In this document: positions 35,645-46,506 of the stretch, piece after piece
How the letters are laid out: each line of letters starts with the position of its first letter
Numbering within the stretch: the first letter of the stretch is position 1
Assembly: GCF_002087085.1 (NCBI RefSeq)
Contig: NZ_MWQY01000009.1
Location: forward strand, 124,001 to 188,000
Length of the DNA stretch: 64,000 nt
Direction of reading: 5' to 3'
Program-made: the position numbers and the translations under genes
Notes under the pieces: generated by a model
Told to the model about the DNA's origin: nothing
The model's database searches: none
The model's input: the letters and a program-made list of their open reading frames with translations, nothing else

Positions 35645-36858
35645 TCTTTATCCGCGTCGCCTGGCAGAATATGCTCGTCCACCGGCGGCGGACCCTGCTC
35701 ATCCTGTTTTCCATAAGTCTCTCGGTGGCAGTCATCCTGTTTGTCTCGGGAATGGCGGAAGGCCTTAAAAAGAACTTTTTCCGGGGCATGCTGGAAGAAA
35801 GCGGGCACCTGCAGATCCTTCCCGCGGGGACCGATGATGCCCTGGATCCCTACGATCCTGATCTTCTGATTCAAAACCCCGACGAAATAGTCTCCGACCT
35901 GTCCGCCAGGAAGGGGGTACAGAGAGCGGAGAAGGTTCTGAGCTTCGGGTGCATGCTCCTGGCCGGGGACAGAAATCTTACCATCGAAGGCCGGGGTACT
36001 AATAAAGAGACCCGGATCTTCTCCAAAGCCCGGGATGGCATATACGCGGGAGGTTTTCTTGCAGACGACAACGGGGGTAAGCCGGGAATCTGCATCAGCG
36101 CAGGTATTGCTGATCTCCTGCATGTGGATCTCGGGGACCCGCTGGTGGTTCTCGTGGAAGACAGCACCGGAAGCCCCTGGTACATCGAGTATTCTGTAAC
36201 CGGGCTTTACGCAACGGACAGCAGGGAGTTTGACGAGGGTAGCTTCTATCTGCGCCACGAAGACGCCGAGGAGCTTCTGTATTTTCCGGGTAAAACACGG
36301 GAGATCCGGGTTGTTCTGCTCGATCCGGCCCTGGCGGGTCCTCTCGCTGACCAGCTTGATACAGGCGCGGCGCCTTACAGGGGAACTGAGATAAAAACAT
36401 GGCGGGAGATCCACGGCAGTTATCTGGTGCTCCTCGATTTCTTCGATATCTTCATGGTCTTCATGAATATCTTTACCGTGCTGGTGGCCGCAACAGTTAT
36501 AACCAACTCCATCCTGATGAATATCTTTGAACGTACCAGGGAGTACGGCACCCTGAGGGCAATAGGAATGAAGCGGTACCAGCTCTTCGGGTTTATCCTT
36601 ACCGAGGGTTTCGTACAGGGCGTCGCCGGAAGCCTTTTGGGACTCGTTCTGGGGATTCCCCTGGTACTCTATTTTCAGGCCTACGGCATGAACTGGGGAG
36701 AGATTACGGAAAGCTTCGGACTGGGAGAGACCTTCTACTTCGCCTTTGCCCCGGAACACGCCATTGCCGGTCTCATCTCGGGGATTGCCATCGCCTGTAC
36801 AGGCTCCCTCTACGCCGGCTGGGTAAGCTCCAGGATGAGCATAATGGAATCCCTGTAA
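35641..36858 (+). CDS. ABC transporter permease (LolC/E, FtsX-like)
   Basis: AW.N....RRT.L and ERTREYGTLRAIGM motifs. Confidence 0.9.
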   Translation: MIFIRVAWQNMLVHRRRTLLILFSISLSVAVILFVSGMAEGLKKNFFRGMLEESGHLQILPAGTDDALDPYDPDLLIQNPDEIVSDLSARKGVQRAEKVLSFGCMLLAGDRNLTIEGRGTNKETRIFSKARDGIYAGGFLADDNGGKPGICISAGIADLLHVDLGDPLVVLVEDSTGSPWYIEYSVTGLYATDSREFDEGSFYLRHEDAEELLYFPGKTREIRVVLLDPALAGPLADQLDTGAAPYRGTEIKTWREIHGSYLVLLDFFDIFMVFMNIFTVLVAATVITNSILMNIFERTREYGTLRAIGMKRYQLFGFILTEGFVQGVAGSLLGLVLGIPLVLYFQAYGMNWGEITESFGLGETFYFAFAPEHAIAGLISGIAIACTGSLYAGWVSSRMSIMESL

Positions 36859-36870
36859 ATGGAGAGTGAT

Positions 36871-38103
36871 ATGGCACTTATACTGGTCGCCCTGAGAAAC
36901 GTATTTCGCAACAGACGACGGAGCATTCTCAATATAATTGCCCTCTGCCTGGGGACCTGCCTGATGGTTCTGGGTCTCGGCTGGGTGGAGGGCTATCACA
37001 GCTACGTCTACACGGCAATGCAGAATTTCGAGTCCGGTGAGGTTCAGCTGATACCGGAGGGGTATCTGCAGGAGGAACGGCGACTTCCTCTGGACCTGAA
37101 CCTCAGCGGCTACCGGGAACTGAAGGACCGGCTTCTGTCTGTTCCCGAGGTACGGGAGGCCACCGGGCGAATCGATTTTTCTCTGCGCCTTTCCAACAGA
37201 AAGGAGTCGATCTACCTGGTCGGCCGGGCCATCGATCCTGAAAGCGAAGCCAACACCACGGTTCTGGCGGACTACATACACTCCGGCGACTACCTTTCGT
37301 CACAGCAGGGAGGAGTTCTGATCGGAAAAGCCCTGGCGGAACGGATGGCGGTGCAGCCCGGAGACACAGTATACATCGTTGCCCAGGACAAATACGGGGT
37401 GGAAAACTTCATCGACATACGGGTGGCGGGAATCTTCAATTACGGTTTCCCCCCCATCGACAAAAACGTGGTGTTCATGGACCTGGCCAGTGCAATGGAT
37501 CTTCTTAGCATGGAGGATGAGGTTACACGGATCGTGATGAGGTTGAACCAGGGGATATCTCCGGAGAAAGGGGTATCCCTCTTACGCAGGCAGGATATCG
37601 GGGGCGAGATACACAGCTGGAAAACCTTCGCCCAGGCGACCGTATCGGCAGTCGAGACCGACACCCGCAGTTTTTACCTGATGCTGATCATCCTGTATCT
37701 GCTGATAGTGCTGGGACTGCTGAACTCCATGTCCATGAGCGTCCACGAAAGAACCCGGGAAATCGGTTCCCTGCGGGCCCTGGGAATGAAGAGGCGGGAG
37801 GTCCTGGGACTCCTTCTGGCGGAAAGCGGCTGGATCTCCCTCATTTCCGCGGCAGTCGCCGTTGTCCTGTCCATGCCCATGGTCTGGTACCTTGGCAGCG
37901 TTGGCCTGGACATTACATCCCGGATGCCGGAGAGCATCCCCGTCCCCTTCGGCGAACAGTTCTACGCCGATTTCCGGATACGCCATTTCGCCATTAGCCT
38001 TGCTGCAGCGACGCTCTCAGCCATGGTCGGAACAATCAGGCCCTCTGTAAAGGCATCCCGTCTTGTGGTCGCAGAAGCTCTGCGGGGAGGAAGAATCGCT
38101 TAA
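36871..38103 (+). CDS. ABC transporter permease (LolC/E, FtsX-like)
   Basis: ALRNV.RN.RRS and ERTREIGSLRALGM motifs; alternative start at 36859. Confidence 0.9.
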   Translation: MALILVALRNVFRNRRRSILNIIALCLGTCLMVLGLGWVEGYHSYVYTAMQNFESGEVQLIPEGYLQEERRLPLDLNLSGYRELKDRLLSVPEVREATGRIDFSLRLSNRKESIYLVGRAIDPESEANTTVLADYIHSGDYLSSQQGGVLIGKALAERMAVQPGDTVYIVAQDKYGVENFIDIRVAGIFNYGFPPIDKNVVFMDLASAMDLLSMEDEVTRIVMRLNQGISPEKGVSLLRRQDIGGEIHSWKTFAQATVSAVETDTRSFYLMLIILYLLIVLGLLNSMSMSVHERTREIGSLRALGMKRREVLGLLLAESGWISLISAAVAVVLSMPMVWYLGSVGLDITSRMPESIPVPFGEQFYADFRIRHFAISLAAATLSAMVGTIRPSVKASRLVVAEALRGGRIA

Positions 38104-38999
38104 AGCTTCGACAGAACCTCCTCCAGTGAGGGAAAGGAATCCCTGCCGCCGGGTTTACTTACCGATATACCCGCGGCACAGGCGGCGAAGCGCAGGATCC
38201 GGTCAAGGTCCCAGGAGTTGAGAAGCCCGTAGGCAAAGGCGCCGTGAAAGATATCCCCCGCAGCGGTGGTATCGACGGTCGTAACGGTAAAAGCGTCGTA
38301 GCCTCCCCTCCGGTCTCCCAGGGCCCAGACACCGCCCTTCTCTCCCAGGGTAATAACGGCACAGTTGCCGTTTCGCCGCTGCAGGAGTTCAAGTGCCCTG
38401 AACACCTGTTCCGGTCCGGCGAGTTCTTCTCCCAGCATTGCAGATGCAAAAGCCGCGGATGCCACCGGATAATCCACACGCTCCACGAGTTCCCAGGTCG
38501 CGCCCCTCAGGGAACCGGCATCCAGGATTGACACGGCTTCAGGCCAGCGTTCCAGGGCCTCCCTGGCGGCCGCCAGGGAATGACCGTCGAAGAGGAGTAC
38601 CTCGGGTTCACAGAGGAGCAGGTTTTCCGGCAATCTGTAGACATCTTCCGTACTCCGGTGATTGATGATACTGCGGCTGCCGCTGGTATCGTTAACCAGG
38701 ATGGCGGAAACAGGAGTCGGATACCCCTCGCAGGGAAGAACTCCCCCGGTATCCACCCTGTAAGCTTTAAACTCTTCAATCAGCAGGGAACCGAAGGGAT
38801 CCCGTCCCACTGGACCTGCCATGGCGACAGAGACATCCCAGTATCCCAGCAGGGCTGCGGCATTGGCTGCCGGGCCACCGCCCGATAAACTGCGGGCGGT
38901 TGCCCTGGATTTCGTATCTTCCCGGGGAAAACCGTCGACCCGGAGTATCAGGTCGACGGAGGAATGACCGATGCACAGAATTTTCAAAAAGAACCTCAC
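38100..38999 (-). CDS. PfkB-family carbohydrate kinase
   Basis: GGPAANAA, GPVG.D..G and VDTTAAGDIFHGAF motifs. Confidence 0.9.
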   Translation of the reverse strand: MRFFLKILCIGHSSVDLILRVDGFPREDTKSRATARSLSGGGPAANAAALLGYWDVSVAMAGPVGRDPFGSLLIEEFKAYRVDTGGVLPCEGYPTPVSAILVNDTSGSRSIINHRSTEDVYRLPENLLLCEPEVLLFDGHSLAAAREALERWPEAVSILDAGSLRGATWELVERVDYPVASAAFASAMLGEELAGPEQVFRALELLQRRNGNCAVITLGEKGGVWALGDRRGGYDAFTVTTVDTTAAGDIFHGAFAYGLLNSWDLDRILRFAACAAGISVSKPGGRDSFPSLEEVLSKL

Positions 39000-39288
39000 T
39001 TACGGGCAGAATAAAACAGGGACACCTCAAAAAACCGCACTTTTTCCCAAACCCCGCATCATCAATATTTCCAGCGGTCCTCAACTCCTGTTCCTGCAAG
39101 AGCTTGCGGATGCTATAAAACATTACATCTTCGACTGTGGCAAAAATACCACGTTTTTAGAGGCACCCATACAAAAGCAGAAAATCCGTGTGTTTTTTAA
39201 GGATTCTGCAAAAAATCTCTTGATCATTTGCCAATTTAAAACCATTATATAGTAACTCTCGTTATAAATACAATTCAAGGAGATGGTC

Positions 39289-40404
39289 ATGAAAAGATTG
39301 CTTTCCATTGCAATTATTTTGATTGCAGCCGTCGGGCTCTTCGCCAACGGACAGGGCGAAGATACCGTTAAAATCGGCGTTGCAGGAGCTCATTCCGGAG
39401 ACCTGGCGTCCTACGGTCTTCCCTCGGTAAAAGCCGCGGAGCTCGTTGTTGAAGACTGGAACGCCAAAGGCGGAGTTCTGGGAAAACAGATCGAGCTGGT
39501 TATTGAGGACGATCAGTGCAAACCCGAGGTTGCAACCAACACCGCCGCAAAGCTGGTTGGCGAGCAGGTGGTCGGCGTTATAGGTCATATCTGTTCCGGA
39601 GCCACAAAATCCGCTCTGGGAATCTACAAGGATTCCAACATTCCGGTAATCTCTCCCTCCGCAACCAACCCGCCCCTTACCAAGAGCGGAGACTATCCCA
39701 ACTTCTTCCGCACCATCGCTCCGGATGACGCTCAGGCAAAACTGGATGTGGATTTCGCGGTTGACACCCTGGGTCTCACCAAGATCGCCGTTCTCCACGA
39801 CAAGGGAGATTACGGCAAGGGATTTGCCGACTTCGCCAAGGAGTACCTTGATCAGCGATCCAATGTCGAGGTAGTTGTCTACGAAGGTATCCAGGTAGGT
39901 GCCGTTGACTATTCCGCCATAATCAACAAGGTAGCAGCCTCCGGTGCCGAAGCGATCATCTACGGAGGTTATCACCCCGAAGCTTCGAAACTGGTCGGCC
40001 AGATGAGAACCCGCGGAATGGACACCATCTTCATTTCCGACGACGGCGTTAAGGACGACACCTTCATCAAGGTCGCCCAGGATGCCGCCGAAGGTGTTTA
40101 CGCCTCCGGTCCTGTCGACACGACATCCAATCCCCTGGCAGTGAAAGCCACCGAAGATCACCAGAAAAAATTCGGAGAGGATCCCGGTGCCTTCTTCCTG
40201 AACGCCTATGCTGCAACCCAGGCTCTTCTCAATGCAATTGAAAAAGCCGGCTCCACCGAGTACGACGCAATAGTCAATGCTCTGCGCAGCGAATACGTGG
40301 AGACCCCCCTTGGAAACATCAGCTTCGATGAAAAGGGCGATGCAATCGGGGTCGGTTTCTCCGTTTATCAGGTTCAGAACGGGGTTTACGTAGAGCTCAA
40401 ATAA
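39289..40404 (+). CDS. livK: Branched-chain amino acid ABC transporter substrate-binding protein
   Basis: DDQCKP, GH.CSGAT, SATNP.LT and YGKG.A motifs; heads the liv operon. Confidence 0.9.
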   Translation: MKRLLSIAIILIAAVGLFANGQGEDTVKIGVAGAHSGDLASYGLPSVKAAELVVEDWNAKGGVLGKQIELVIEDDQCKPEVATNTAAKLVGEQVVGVIGHICSGATKSALGIYKDSNIPVISPSATNPPLTKSGDYPNFFRTIAPDDAQAKLDVDFAVDTLGLTKIAVLHDKGDYGKGFADFAKEYLDQRSNVEVVVYEGIQVGAVDYSAIINKVAASGAEAIIYGGYHPEASKLVGQMRTRGMDTIFISDDGVKDDTFIKVAQDAAEGVYASGPVDTTSNPLAVKATEDHQKKFGEDPGAFFLNAYAATQALLNAIEKAGSTEYDAIVNALRSEYVETPLGNISFDEKGDAIGVGFSVYQVQNGVYVELK

Positions 40405-40467
40405 ACTTGCTAATTCTGTCATATTCATGTAATATGACACGTTCTTTCAGAAATCTTGAGAACATTC

Positions 40468-40494
40468 GGAACAGGCCCGTACAGGGCCTGTTCC
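40468..40494 (+). terminator. Intercistronic hairpin after livK
   Basis: GGAACAGGCCC-GTACA-GGGCCTGTTCC. Confidence 0.65.
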
Positions 40495-40590
40495 TTGCTT
40501 CCGAATCAATACTCACAACGTGTACGCAACTTTGCCGCAGGAAATGCAACAAGGCGGTTTTATTATAGAAGGAGCCTGCAGGAAACCACC

Positions 40591-41499
40591 ATGAATCTAG
40601 ATTATTTAATTCAGCTTACGCTGTCGGGAATGACGCGGGGCAGTATCTACGCGCTGATCGCCCTCGGGTATACCATGGTTTATGGTATCATTCAGCTTAT
40701 CAACTTTGCCCACGGCGAAATATACATGATCGGTGCTTTTACGGCCCTCATTATTGCCACCGTCCTTAACATGACCGGGATGCCCGGGGTAGCGGTTTTT
40801 ATCATTGCCATGATCATTGCCGTTGTTTACTCCTCCGCATACGGAGTAACAATGGAAGCCATGGCATACAAACCGGTACGTCGTGCCCAGAGGCTGTCAG
40901 CCCTGATAAGCGCCATCGGCATGTCCTTCTTCCTGCAGAATTACGTGCTGCTTGCCCAGACTTCGGACTTTCTGTCCTTTCCCAAGCTGATACCCCAGTT
41001 TGCATTTCTTGAAGGGGCCAGAAACTTTTTAACCTCCACCCAGATAATCATCTTCGCCGTCACTGCCGTGGTCATGGTGGCCCTCACCATTCTTATCAAG
41101 TTCACCAAGATAGGAAAAGCCATGCGGGCCACAGCCCAGGACAAGACCATGGCCCTTCTGGTGGGAATAAATATCAACCAGGTTATTGCTGTTACCTTTC
41201 TCATCGGCTCCGCGATGGCGGCCGTAGGGGGAGTCCTGATCAGTTCCCACGTGGGGCAGATCAACTTCTATATCGGTTTTCTGGCGGGCATCAAGGCCTT
41301 CGTGGCCGCCGTTCTCGGCGGAATCGGGTCAATTCCAGGCGCTGTCCTCGGCAGCTTTGTACTTGGTCTGACGGAGAGTTTCGGAGCCGGTTACATATCA
41401 TCGGACTATGAGGATGTGTTCGCCTTTATTATTCTGGTGCTGATTCTGATATTCCGTCCTGCCGGGCTCCTCGGCCGTGCCCAGAGCGACAAGATATAA
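40591..41499 (+). CDS. livH: Branched-chain amino acid ABC permease
   Basis: YALIALGYTMVYGII..INFAHGE and KAF.AAVLGGIG motifs. Confidence 0.93.
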   Translation: MNLDYLIQLTLSGMTRGSIYALIALGYTMVYGIIQLINFAHGEIYMIGAFTALIIATVLNMTGMPGVAVFIIAMIIAVVYSSAYGVTMEAMAYKPVRRAQRLSALISAIGMSFFLQNYVLLAQTSDFLSFPKLIPQFAFLEGARNFLTSTQIIIFAVTAVVMVALTILIKFTKIGKAMRATAQDKTMALLVGININQVIAVTFLIGSAMAAVGGVLISSHVGQINFYIGFLAGIKAFVAAVLGGIGSIPGAVLGSFVLGLTESFGAGYISSDYEDVFAFIILVLILIFRPAGLLGRAQSDKI

Positions 41500-41511
41500 G
41501 GGATACACACA

Positions 41512-42759
41512 ATGAACAACGCTGTACAGGAACTGAAAAAATCCTTAATCACCTCGCTGTGGTTCATGTTTCTGACCTTCCCCATCATGGTCATCAAGGT
41601 CAACACGGTAGAAAATATTGTAAACTGGCGCTGGTCCAACATGGTCTTTGTGGGCGTTCTCAGTTTCATCATCTCCTACTTCTGGCGGGGCATGCTGCGA
41701 AAAAAGGAACGGGGAGACAAACTGTTTGACCTCTCCAGGTTCATGCCTGCAAAATTGCGGGATCTGGATCTTCGGGAGACCCTTTCTGATAAAAAGATTG
41801 CCCGACCTGTTCTTGCTGTACTTCTGGTGGCGGCGCTTGTATTTCCCTTCGCCGCGGGCATGTATCAGACCAGTATAATGACCACGGCCCTTATGTACAT
41901 CATCCTGGGTCTCGGTTTAAATATCGTTATCGGGCTGGGTGGAATGCTCCATCTCGGCTATGCGGCCTTCTATGCCGTGGGAGCCTACACCTACGCGATT
42001 CTGCACCGGGATTTCGGCATCGGATTCTGGGTCGCCCTGCCTCTGGGCGCAATACTGGCCATGCTGTTCGGAATGCTCCTGGGTTTTCCGGTGCTGCGGC
42101 TCAAGGGCGATTATCTTGCCATCGTTACCCTCGGTTTCGCAGAAATCGTGCGCATCGTGCTGGAGAACTGGAATGACTTCTCCTCCGGTCCTTCCGGGAT
42201 CGCCAATATTCCACGGCCCAGTTTTTTTGGAATGAAGCTTTCACTCCCCAACGCGACTATCTACATTTACATGATAACCCTGGCCCTTGTTCTTTTCACG
42301 ATCTTTGTGGTTCGAAGACTTGAGAACTCACGCCTCGGTCGAGCCTGGGAAGCCATGAGGGAGGACGCCATTGCCTCCGAGTCCATGGGCGTCAATATAA
42401 CAACAACAAAACTGACGGCCTTCGCCCTGGGAGCCTTCTGGGCCGGCATGGTTGGGGTTATCTTCGCCGCGAAAACGACCTTTGTTAATCCCGCCAGCTT
42501 CACCCTGATGGAGTCGGTCCTGGTCCTCTGTATTATAGTACTGGGAGGAATGGGATCCACCACGGGAGTCATTGTGGGTGCCCTTATTATCGTGCTGCTT
42601 CCCGAATACCTGCGGGCCTTCTCCGAATACAGGATGCTCCTGTACGGTGCTGTACTCGTCATGATGATGGTCTTCAGACCCAACGGTATAATCCAGAAGG
42701 TACGGAAACGGCATACCTTTGACATCAAAGAGGCAAGCAGTGGAGGCAGCAATGAGTAA
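41512..42759 (+). CDS. livM: Branched-chain amino acid ABC permease
   Basis: GLNIV.G..G.L.LG, LRL.GDYLAIVTLGF.E and VLGGMGS motifs. Confidence 0.93.
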   Translation: MNNAVQELKKSLITSLWFMFLTFPIMVIKVNTVENIVNWRWSNMVFVGVLSFIISYFWRGMLRKKERGDKLFDLSRFMPAKLRDLDLRETLSDKKIARPVLAVLLVAALVFPFAAGMYQTSIMTTALMYIILGLGLNIVIGLGGMLHLGYAAFYAVGAYTYAILHRDFGIGFWVALPLGAILAMLFGMLLGFPVLRLKGDYLAIVTLGFAEIVRIVLENWNDFSSGPSGIANIPRPSFFGMKLSLPNATIYIYMITLALVLFTIFVVRRLENSRLGRAWEAMREDAIASESMGVNITTTKLTAFALGAFWAGMVGVIFAAKTTFVNPASFTLMESVLVLCIIVLGGMGSTTGVIVGALIIVLLPEYLRAFSEYRMLLYGAVLVMMMVFRPNGIIQKVRKRHTFDIKEASSGGSNE

Positions 42760-43543
42760 CACCGTACTGAATGTAGAAAACCTTACCATGAACTTCGGGG
42801 GACTTCGGGCCGTGGATGATGTCTCCCTCAGCATAAAGAAGAACGAGATTGTGGCCCTTATCGGACCCAACGGCGCCGGTAAAACCACCTTTTTCAACTG
42901 TGTCACCGGTGTCTACGCCCCGACGGAAGGTAAAATAACCATCACCCCACCGGAAAAGAGCAGCGAAGTTATTAATGGTCTGAAACCCCACAAAATAACG
43001 GAGAAGGGGCTTGCCCGGACCTTCCAGAACATCCGGCTTTTTCAGAACATGACTGTCCTGGAGAATATAATGATCGGCAGGCACTGCCGCCTGAAATCCG
43101 GCATTCTCGGCGCGATCTTTCGCAGCCCGGCCACCCGGGAGGAAGAGGAAAAACTCATCCACGAAAGTTACGCCATTCTAAAAAAGATCGGTATAGAGCG
43201 CTACGTAAACGATCTTGCCAAGAACCTGCCCTACGGCGCACAGCGTCTTCTCGAGATCGCCCGTGCCCTGGCCACCGACCCTTTTCTGCTGCTGCTGGAC
43301 GAACCCGCAGCCGGGATGAACCCCAATGAGACCAGGGATCTTGTCGACCTGATTCTGCGCCTCAGGGAAAACGAGGATGTAACGATATTCCTGATCGAAC
43401 ACGATATGAGCCTTGTAATGACCCTTTCCGAGCGGATCTATGTTGTCGACTACGGACAGTTGATTGCCCAGGGCACCCCCGACGTGATCAAGCAGGATAA
43501 ACGAGTTATCAAAGCCTACCTGGGAGAAGAGGTTCATGCTTAA
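42752..43543 (+). CDS. livG: Branched-chain amino acid ABC ATP-binding protein
   Basis: FGGL.AV, GPNGAGKTT, RTFQNIRLF and LDEPAAG motifs. Confidence 0.93.
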   Translation: MSNTVLNVENLTMNFGGLRAVDDVSLSIKKNEIVALIGPNGAGKTTFFNCVTGVYAPTEGKITITPPEKSSEVINGLKPHKITEKGLARTFQNIRLFQNMTVLENIMIGRHCRLKSGILGAIFRSPATREEEEKLIHESYAILKKIGIERYVNDLAKNLPYGAQRLLEIARALATDPFLLLLDEPAAGMNPNETRDLVDLILRLRENEDVTIFLIEHDMSLVMTLSERIYVVDYGQLIAQGTPDVIKQDKRVIKAYLGEEVHA

Positions 43544-44246
43544 ACTTGAATCGGTATCTACATATTACGGCAATATACAGGCCCTCAAAGAGGTGAGCCT
43601 CTCCATCAATGAAGGAGAAATCGTTGCCCTTATCGGAGCGAACGGTGCCGGAAAATCCACAACCCTCATGTCTATCTGCGGAGTAACACCTCCACGGAAG
43701 GGGCGTGTCCTTTTTGAAGGTGAGGACATAACCCATCTCTCCAGCGAAAAAATCGTTGCCCTGGGTATAAATCAGGTTCCTGAAGGTCGCAGGATTTTCC
43801 CCTACCTTACCGTCAGGGAAAACCTCGACATGGGTGCTTTTCTGCGAAAGAGCAAAACGGAAGTACAGCGGGACCTGGAATATGTTTTCGAACTTTTTCC
43901 CCGCCTCGCCGAACGTCGCCACCAGCAGGGAGGAACCCTGAGCGGGGGGGAACAGCAGATGCTGGCAATTTCCCGTGCCCTGATGAGCCGTCCCAAGCTG
44001 CTTCTGCTGGATGAACCATCCCTTGGTCTTGCCCCTATCCTGGTCCAGCAGATATTCAAAATAATACGCCAGATAAACAGGGACAACAACACAACCATCT
44101 TCCTGGTTGAACAGAATGCCAACCTGGCACTCAAGACCGCCCACAAGGGCTATGTAATGGAAACCGGAAGAGTCACCCTGTATGACACGGCGGAAAACCT
44201 CCTGAACAACGAAGAGGTTAAAAAGGCATATCTGGGAGGAGCCTGA
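43536..44246 (+). CDS. livF: Branched-chain amino acid ABC ATP-binding protein
   Basis: GANGAGKST, VPEGRRIF and LSGGEQQMLA motifs. Confidence 0.93.
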   Translation: MLKLESVSTYYGNIQALKEVSLSINEGEIVALIGANGAGKSTTLMSICGVTPPRKGRVLFEGEDITHLSSEKIVALGINQVPEGRRIFPYLTVRENLDMGAFLRKSKTEVQRDLEYVFELFPRLAERRHQQGGTLSGGEQQMLAISRALMSRPKLLLLDEPSLGLAPILVQQIFKIIRQINRDNNTTIFLVEQNANLALKTAHKGYVMETGRVTLYDTAENLLNNEEVKKAYLGGA

Positions 44247-44270
44247 CGGTATTCCCCGCCTGAACCCTGG

Positions 44271-44306
44271 GAGCCCTTCTGCATGACGGAAGGGCTCTGT
44301 TGTTTC
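44271..44306 (+). terminator. Terminator after livF
   Basis: GAGCCCTTCTG-CATGA-CGGAAGGGCTC followed by a T-rich tail. Confidence 0.65.
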
Positions 44307-44394
44307 TGCTTCCCTTCAACGAGACCCTGGGCACGATATTCCCCCGGGACAACCGAAGGATGAATCAGACAGGCCTGTTACCGGAAAACCAGGA

Positions 44395-46506
44395 TCATCG
44401 GGGAAGCTCATCGAGTTCCCGCCTGAGCTCTTCAACCCGGGATACCGGTTTCCTGCAGATAAAACCGCTGCAGACATACGCTGCAGATCCTGTATCCTCG
44501 TTGGCATGATACTCGCGGGTAAAGGGCGCACATTGGGAGAGCAGCTTTTCATTGGCCGCATCTTTTTTCAGTACAACTGCGCCCGGCATAAATCGGCCGT
44601 TTATTTCGCGCAGCATCTTTTCGCTCTCCTTTCCATCTCCCACAACGACGATCTCCCGTTCACCAGATCCCTCCTGCCCCAACAAGAGATAGTGACCGGC
44701 GGCAACAAAGCTGGTGCTGGCGATCGGTGCCCTGTCTGTTTCATCCGCCCATGCTTTCAACAAGGCCTCTGCCCGGTCCCGGAATCCGCTGTCGGAAGTA
44801 ATTCTGAATAAAAGGAGCAGGTTATCCATCATCACGGAGGTTCCGGAGGGAATTGCGCCATCGTAGAGATGTTTACTCCTGAAAGGGACTTCGCGCTTCT
44901 CCCGCGAGGCGAGAAAATAATCGCCCCTCTCACTGTCGAGAAAATCTTCATCAACTATCCCTGACAGCGATAGAGCCTGCTCGAGAAACTGAGCATCGAA
45001 ACTGCTGTGGTAGAGTTCGAGATATGCGGATATCAGGAAGGCGTAATCGTCGAGGTGGCCACCGACAGAAGCCGTGCCGGCGCGGTAACTGTGGAAAACC
45101 CTACCGTCGTTAGCTCGAAGTCTTGTGCGCAGAAACTCCTCGGTTTCGAGGGCCTTCCGGAGCAGGGAGGAGTCTTCCAGAACACGGGCGGCCCGGGCAA
45201 GAGCCTTCAGCATCAGCGCATTCCAGTCGGCAAGTATCTTGTCGTCCGTGGAGGGTGACCGTCTCTCGTTTCTCCGTGACAAAAGAGCCCGTCTCAGATC
45301 ATCCCAGTCAGAAGAAACCTCACTATCGGATGATCCCGGGCTGCAATGGAGGATGTTGCTTTCCATTGATTTTCCGCTTACCGGATCGCTCCAGTTACCC
45401 TCTTCCCGCAAACCGAAGCGGTCAGCCGTTGCCGAGGCCTCATCCTCTCCGACCATTTCCACGAGAATTTCGATAAACTCCTTTCGGCTCCAGAGATAAT
45501 ATTTTCCCTCCTCACCCTCGCTTTCGGCATCCAGAGCGGAGTAGAAGCCCCCTTCAGGGGATGCGAGTTCTCTACAGCAGAACTCGATTATCTCCCGTGC
45601 CGTCTTTGCATATTCGGTCTTACCGGTCAGACTACGGGCATTGATGAAAAGCAGGATGAGCTGGCCCTGGTCGTAAAGCATTTTCTCGAAATGGGGGATC
45701 CGCCACTGCCGGTCGGTTGAGTAGCGGTGAAAGCCGAAACCTATATGGTCATAGATGCCGCCGGCACGCATCATCTCGAGACTCTTCTCGACCATGGCAA
45801 TATACTGTTCTCCCCCATGGATATCCCGGGCATGCTCGAGCATAAAATTCAGGAGGTGGGCCTGGGGAAACTTGGGAGCACCGCCGAAACCTCCCCACTC
45901 GGGGTCAAATGTTTCGGAAAGCCGTTCAAAAAGCCCTGAAAGCCGGGTACGGGGAAACTCCCCGGAGCGGGAAGAAGACTCGTCGGTATTCCCCTTAAGG
46001 GCTTCAATGACGGATTCGGCGGAGGCCAGGACCCTGGGACGCTCCTCCTTCCACAGCCTTGAAATCTCAGGAAGAAGATCCAGGAGTCCTGCCCTCCCCG
46101 GCCCGCCCTTTCTGGGCAGGTAGGTGGCTGTAAAGAATGGTCTGCCCTCCGGGGTCGCGAATATTGTCAGGGGCCAGCCACCGGAGCCGTGGATTCTCAA
46201 AGCTGCATCCATGTAGAAAGCATCGAGATCAGGTCTCTCCTCGCGATCGATCTTGACAGGCATGAATCCCTTGTTCAGAAGCCGGGCAACATCCTCGTTC
46301 TCGAAGGACTCCCTCGCCATGACATGACACCAGTGGCAGGTCGAATATCCAATCGAGATAAACAGGGGAATATCCCTGCTCTTTGCCTCCCCGAGGGTTT
46401 GTTCGCTCCACATACGCCAGGCTACAGGGTTATTCGCATGCTGGAGAAGATAAGGGCTGTTCGAACGGCTCAGTTCGTTGAGATTATCGCTGTCATTGCT
46501 GCGCAT
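44395..46506 (-). CDS. Thioredoxin-domain protein, YyaL/SSP411 (DUF255) family
   Basis: SPYLLQHA.NPV.W, GYSTCHWCHVM..ESF, PHFEKMLYDQ and DDK.L.DWN motifs. Confidence 0.92.
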   Translation of the reverse strand: MRSNDSDNLNELSRSNSPYLLQHANNPVAWRMWSEQTLGEAKSRDIPLFISIGYSTCHWCHVMARESFENEDVARLLNKGFMPVKIDREERPDLDAFYMDAALRIHGSGGWPLTIFATPEGRPFFTATYLPRKGGPGRAGLLDLLPEISRLWKEERPRVLASAESVIEALKGNTDESSSRSGEFPRTRLSGLFERLSETFDPEWGGFGGAPKFPQAHLLNFMLEHARDIHGGEQYIAMVEKSLEMMRAGGIYDHIGFGFHRYSTDRQWRIPHFEKMLYDQGQLILLFINARSLTGKTEYAKTAREIIEFCCRELASPEGGFYSALDAESEGEEGKYYLWSRKEFIEILVEMVGEDEASATADRFGLREEGNWSDPVSGKSMESNILHCSPGSSDSEVSSDWDDLRRALLSRRNERRSPSTDDKILADWNALMLKALARAARVLEDSSLLRKALETEEFLRTRLRANDGRVFHSYRAGTASVGGHLDDYAFLISAYLELYHSSFDAQFLEQALSLSGIVDEDFLDSERGDYFLASREKREVPFRSKHLYDGAIPSGTSVMMDNLLLLFRITSDSGFRDRAEALLKAWADETDRAPIASTSFVAAGHYLLLGQEGSGEREIVVVGDGKESEKMLREINGRFMPGAVVLKKDAANEKLLSQCAPFTREYHANEDTGSAAYVCSGFICRKPVSRVEELRRELDELPR

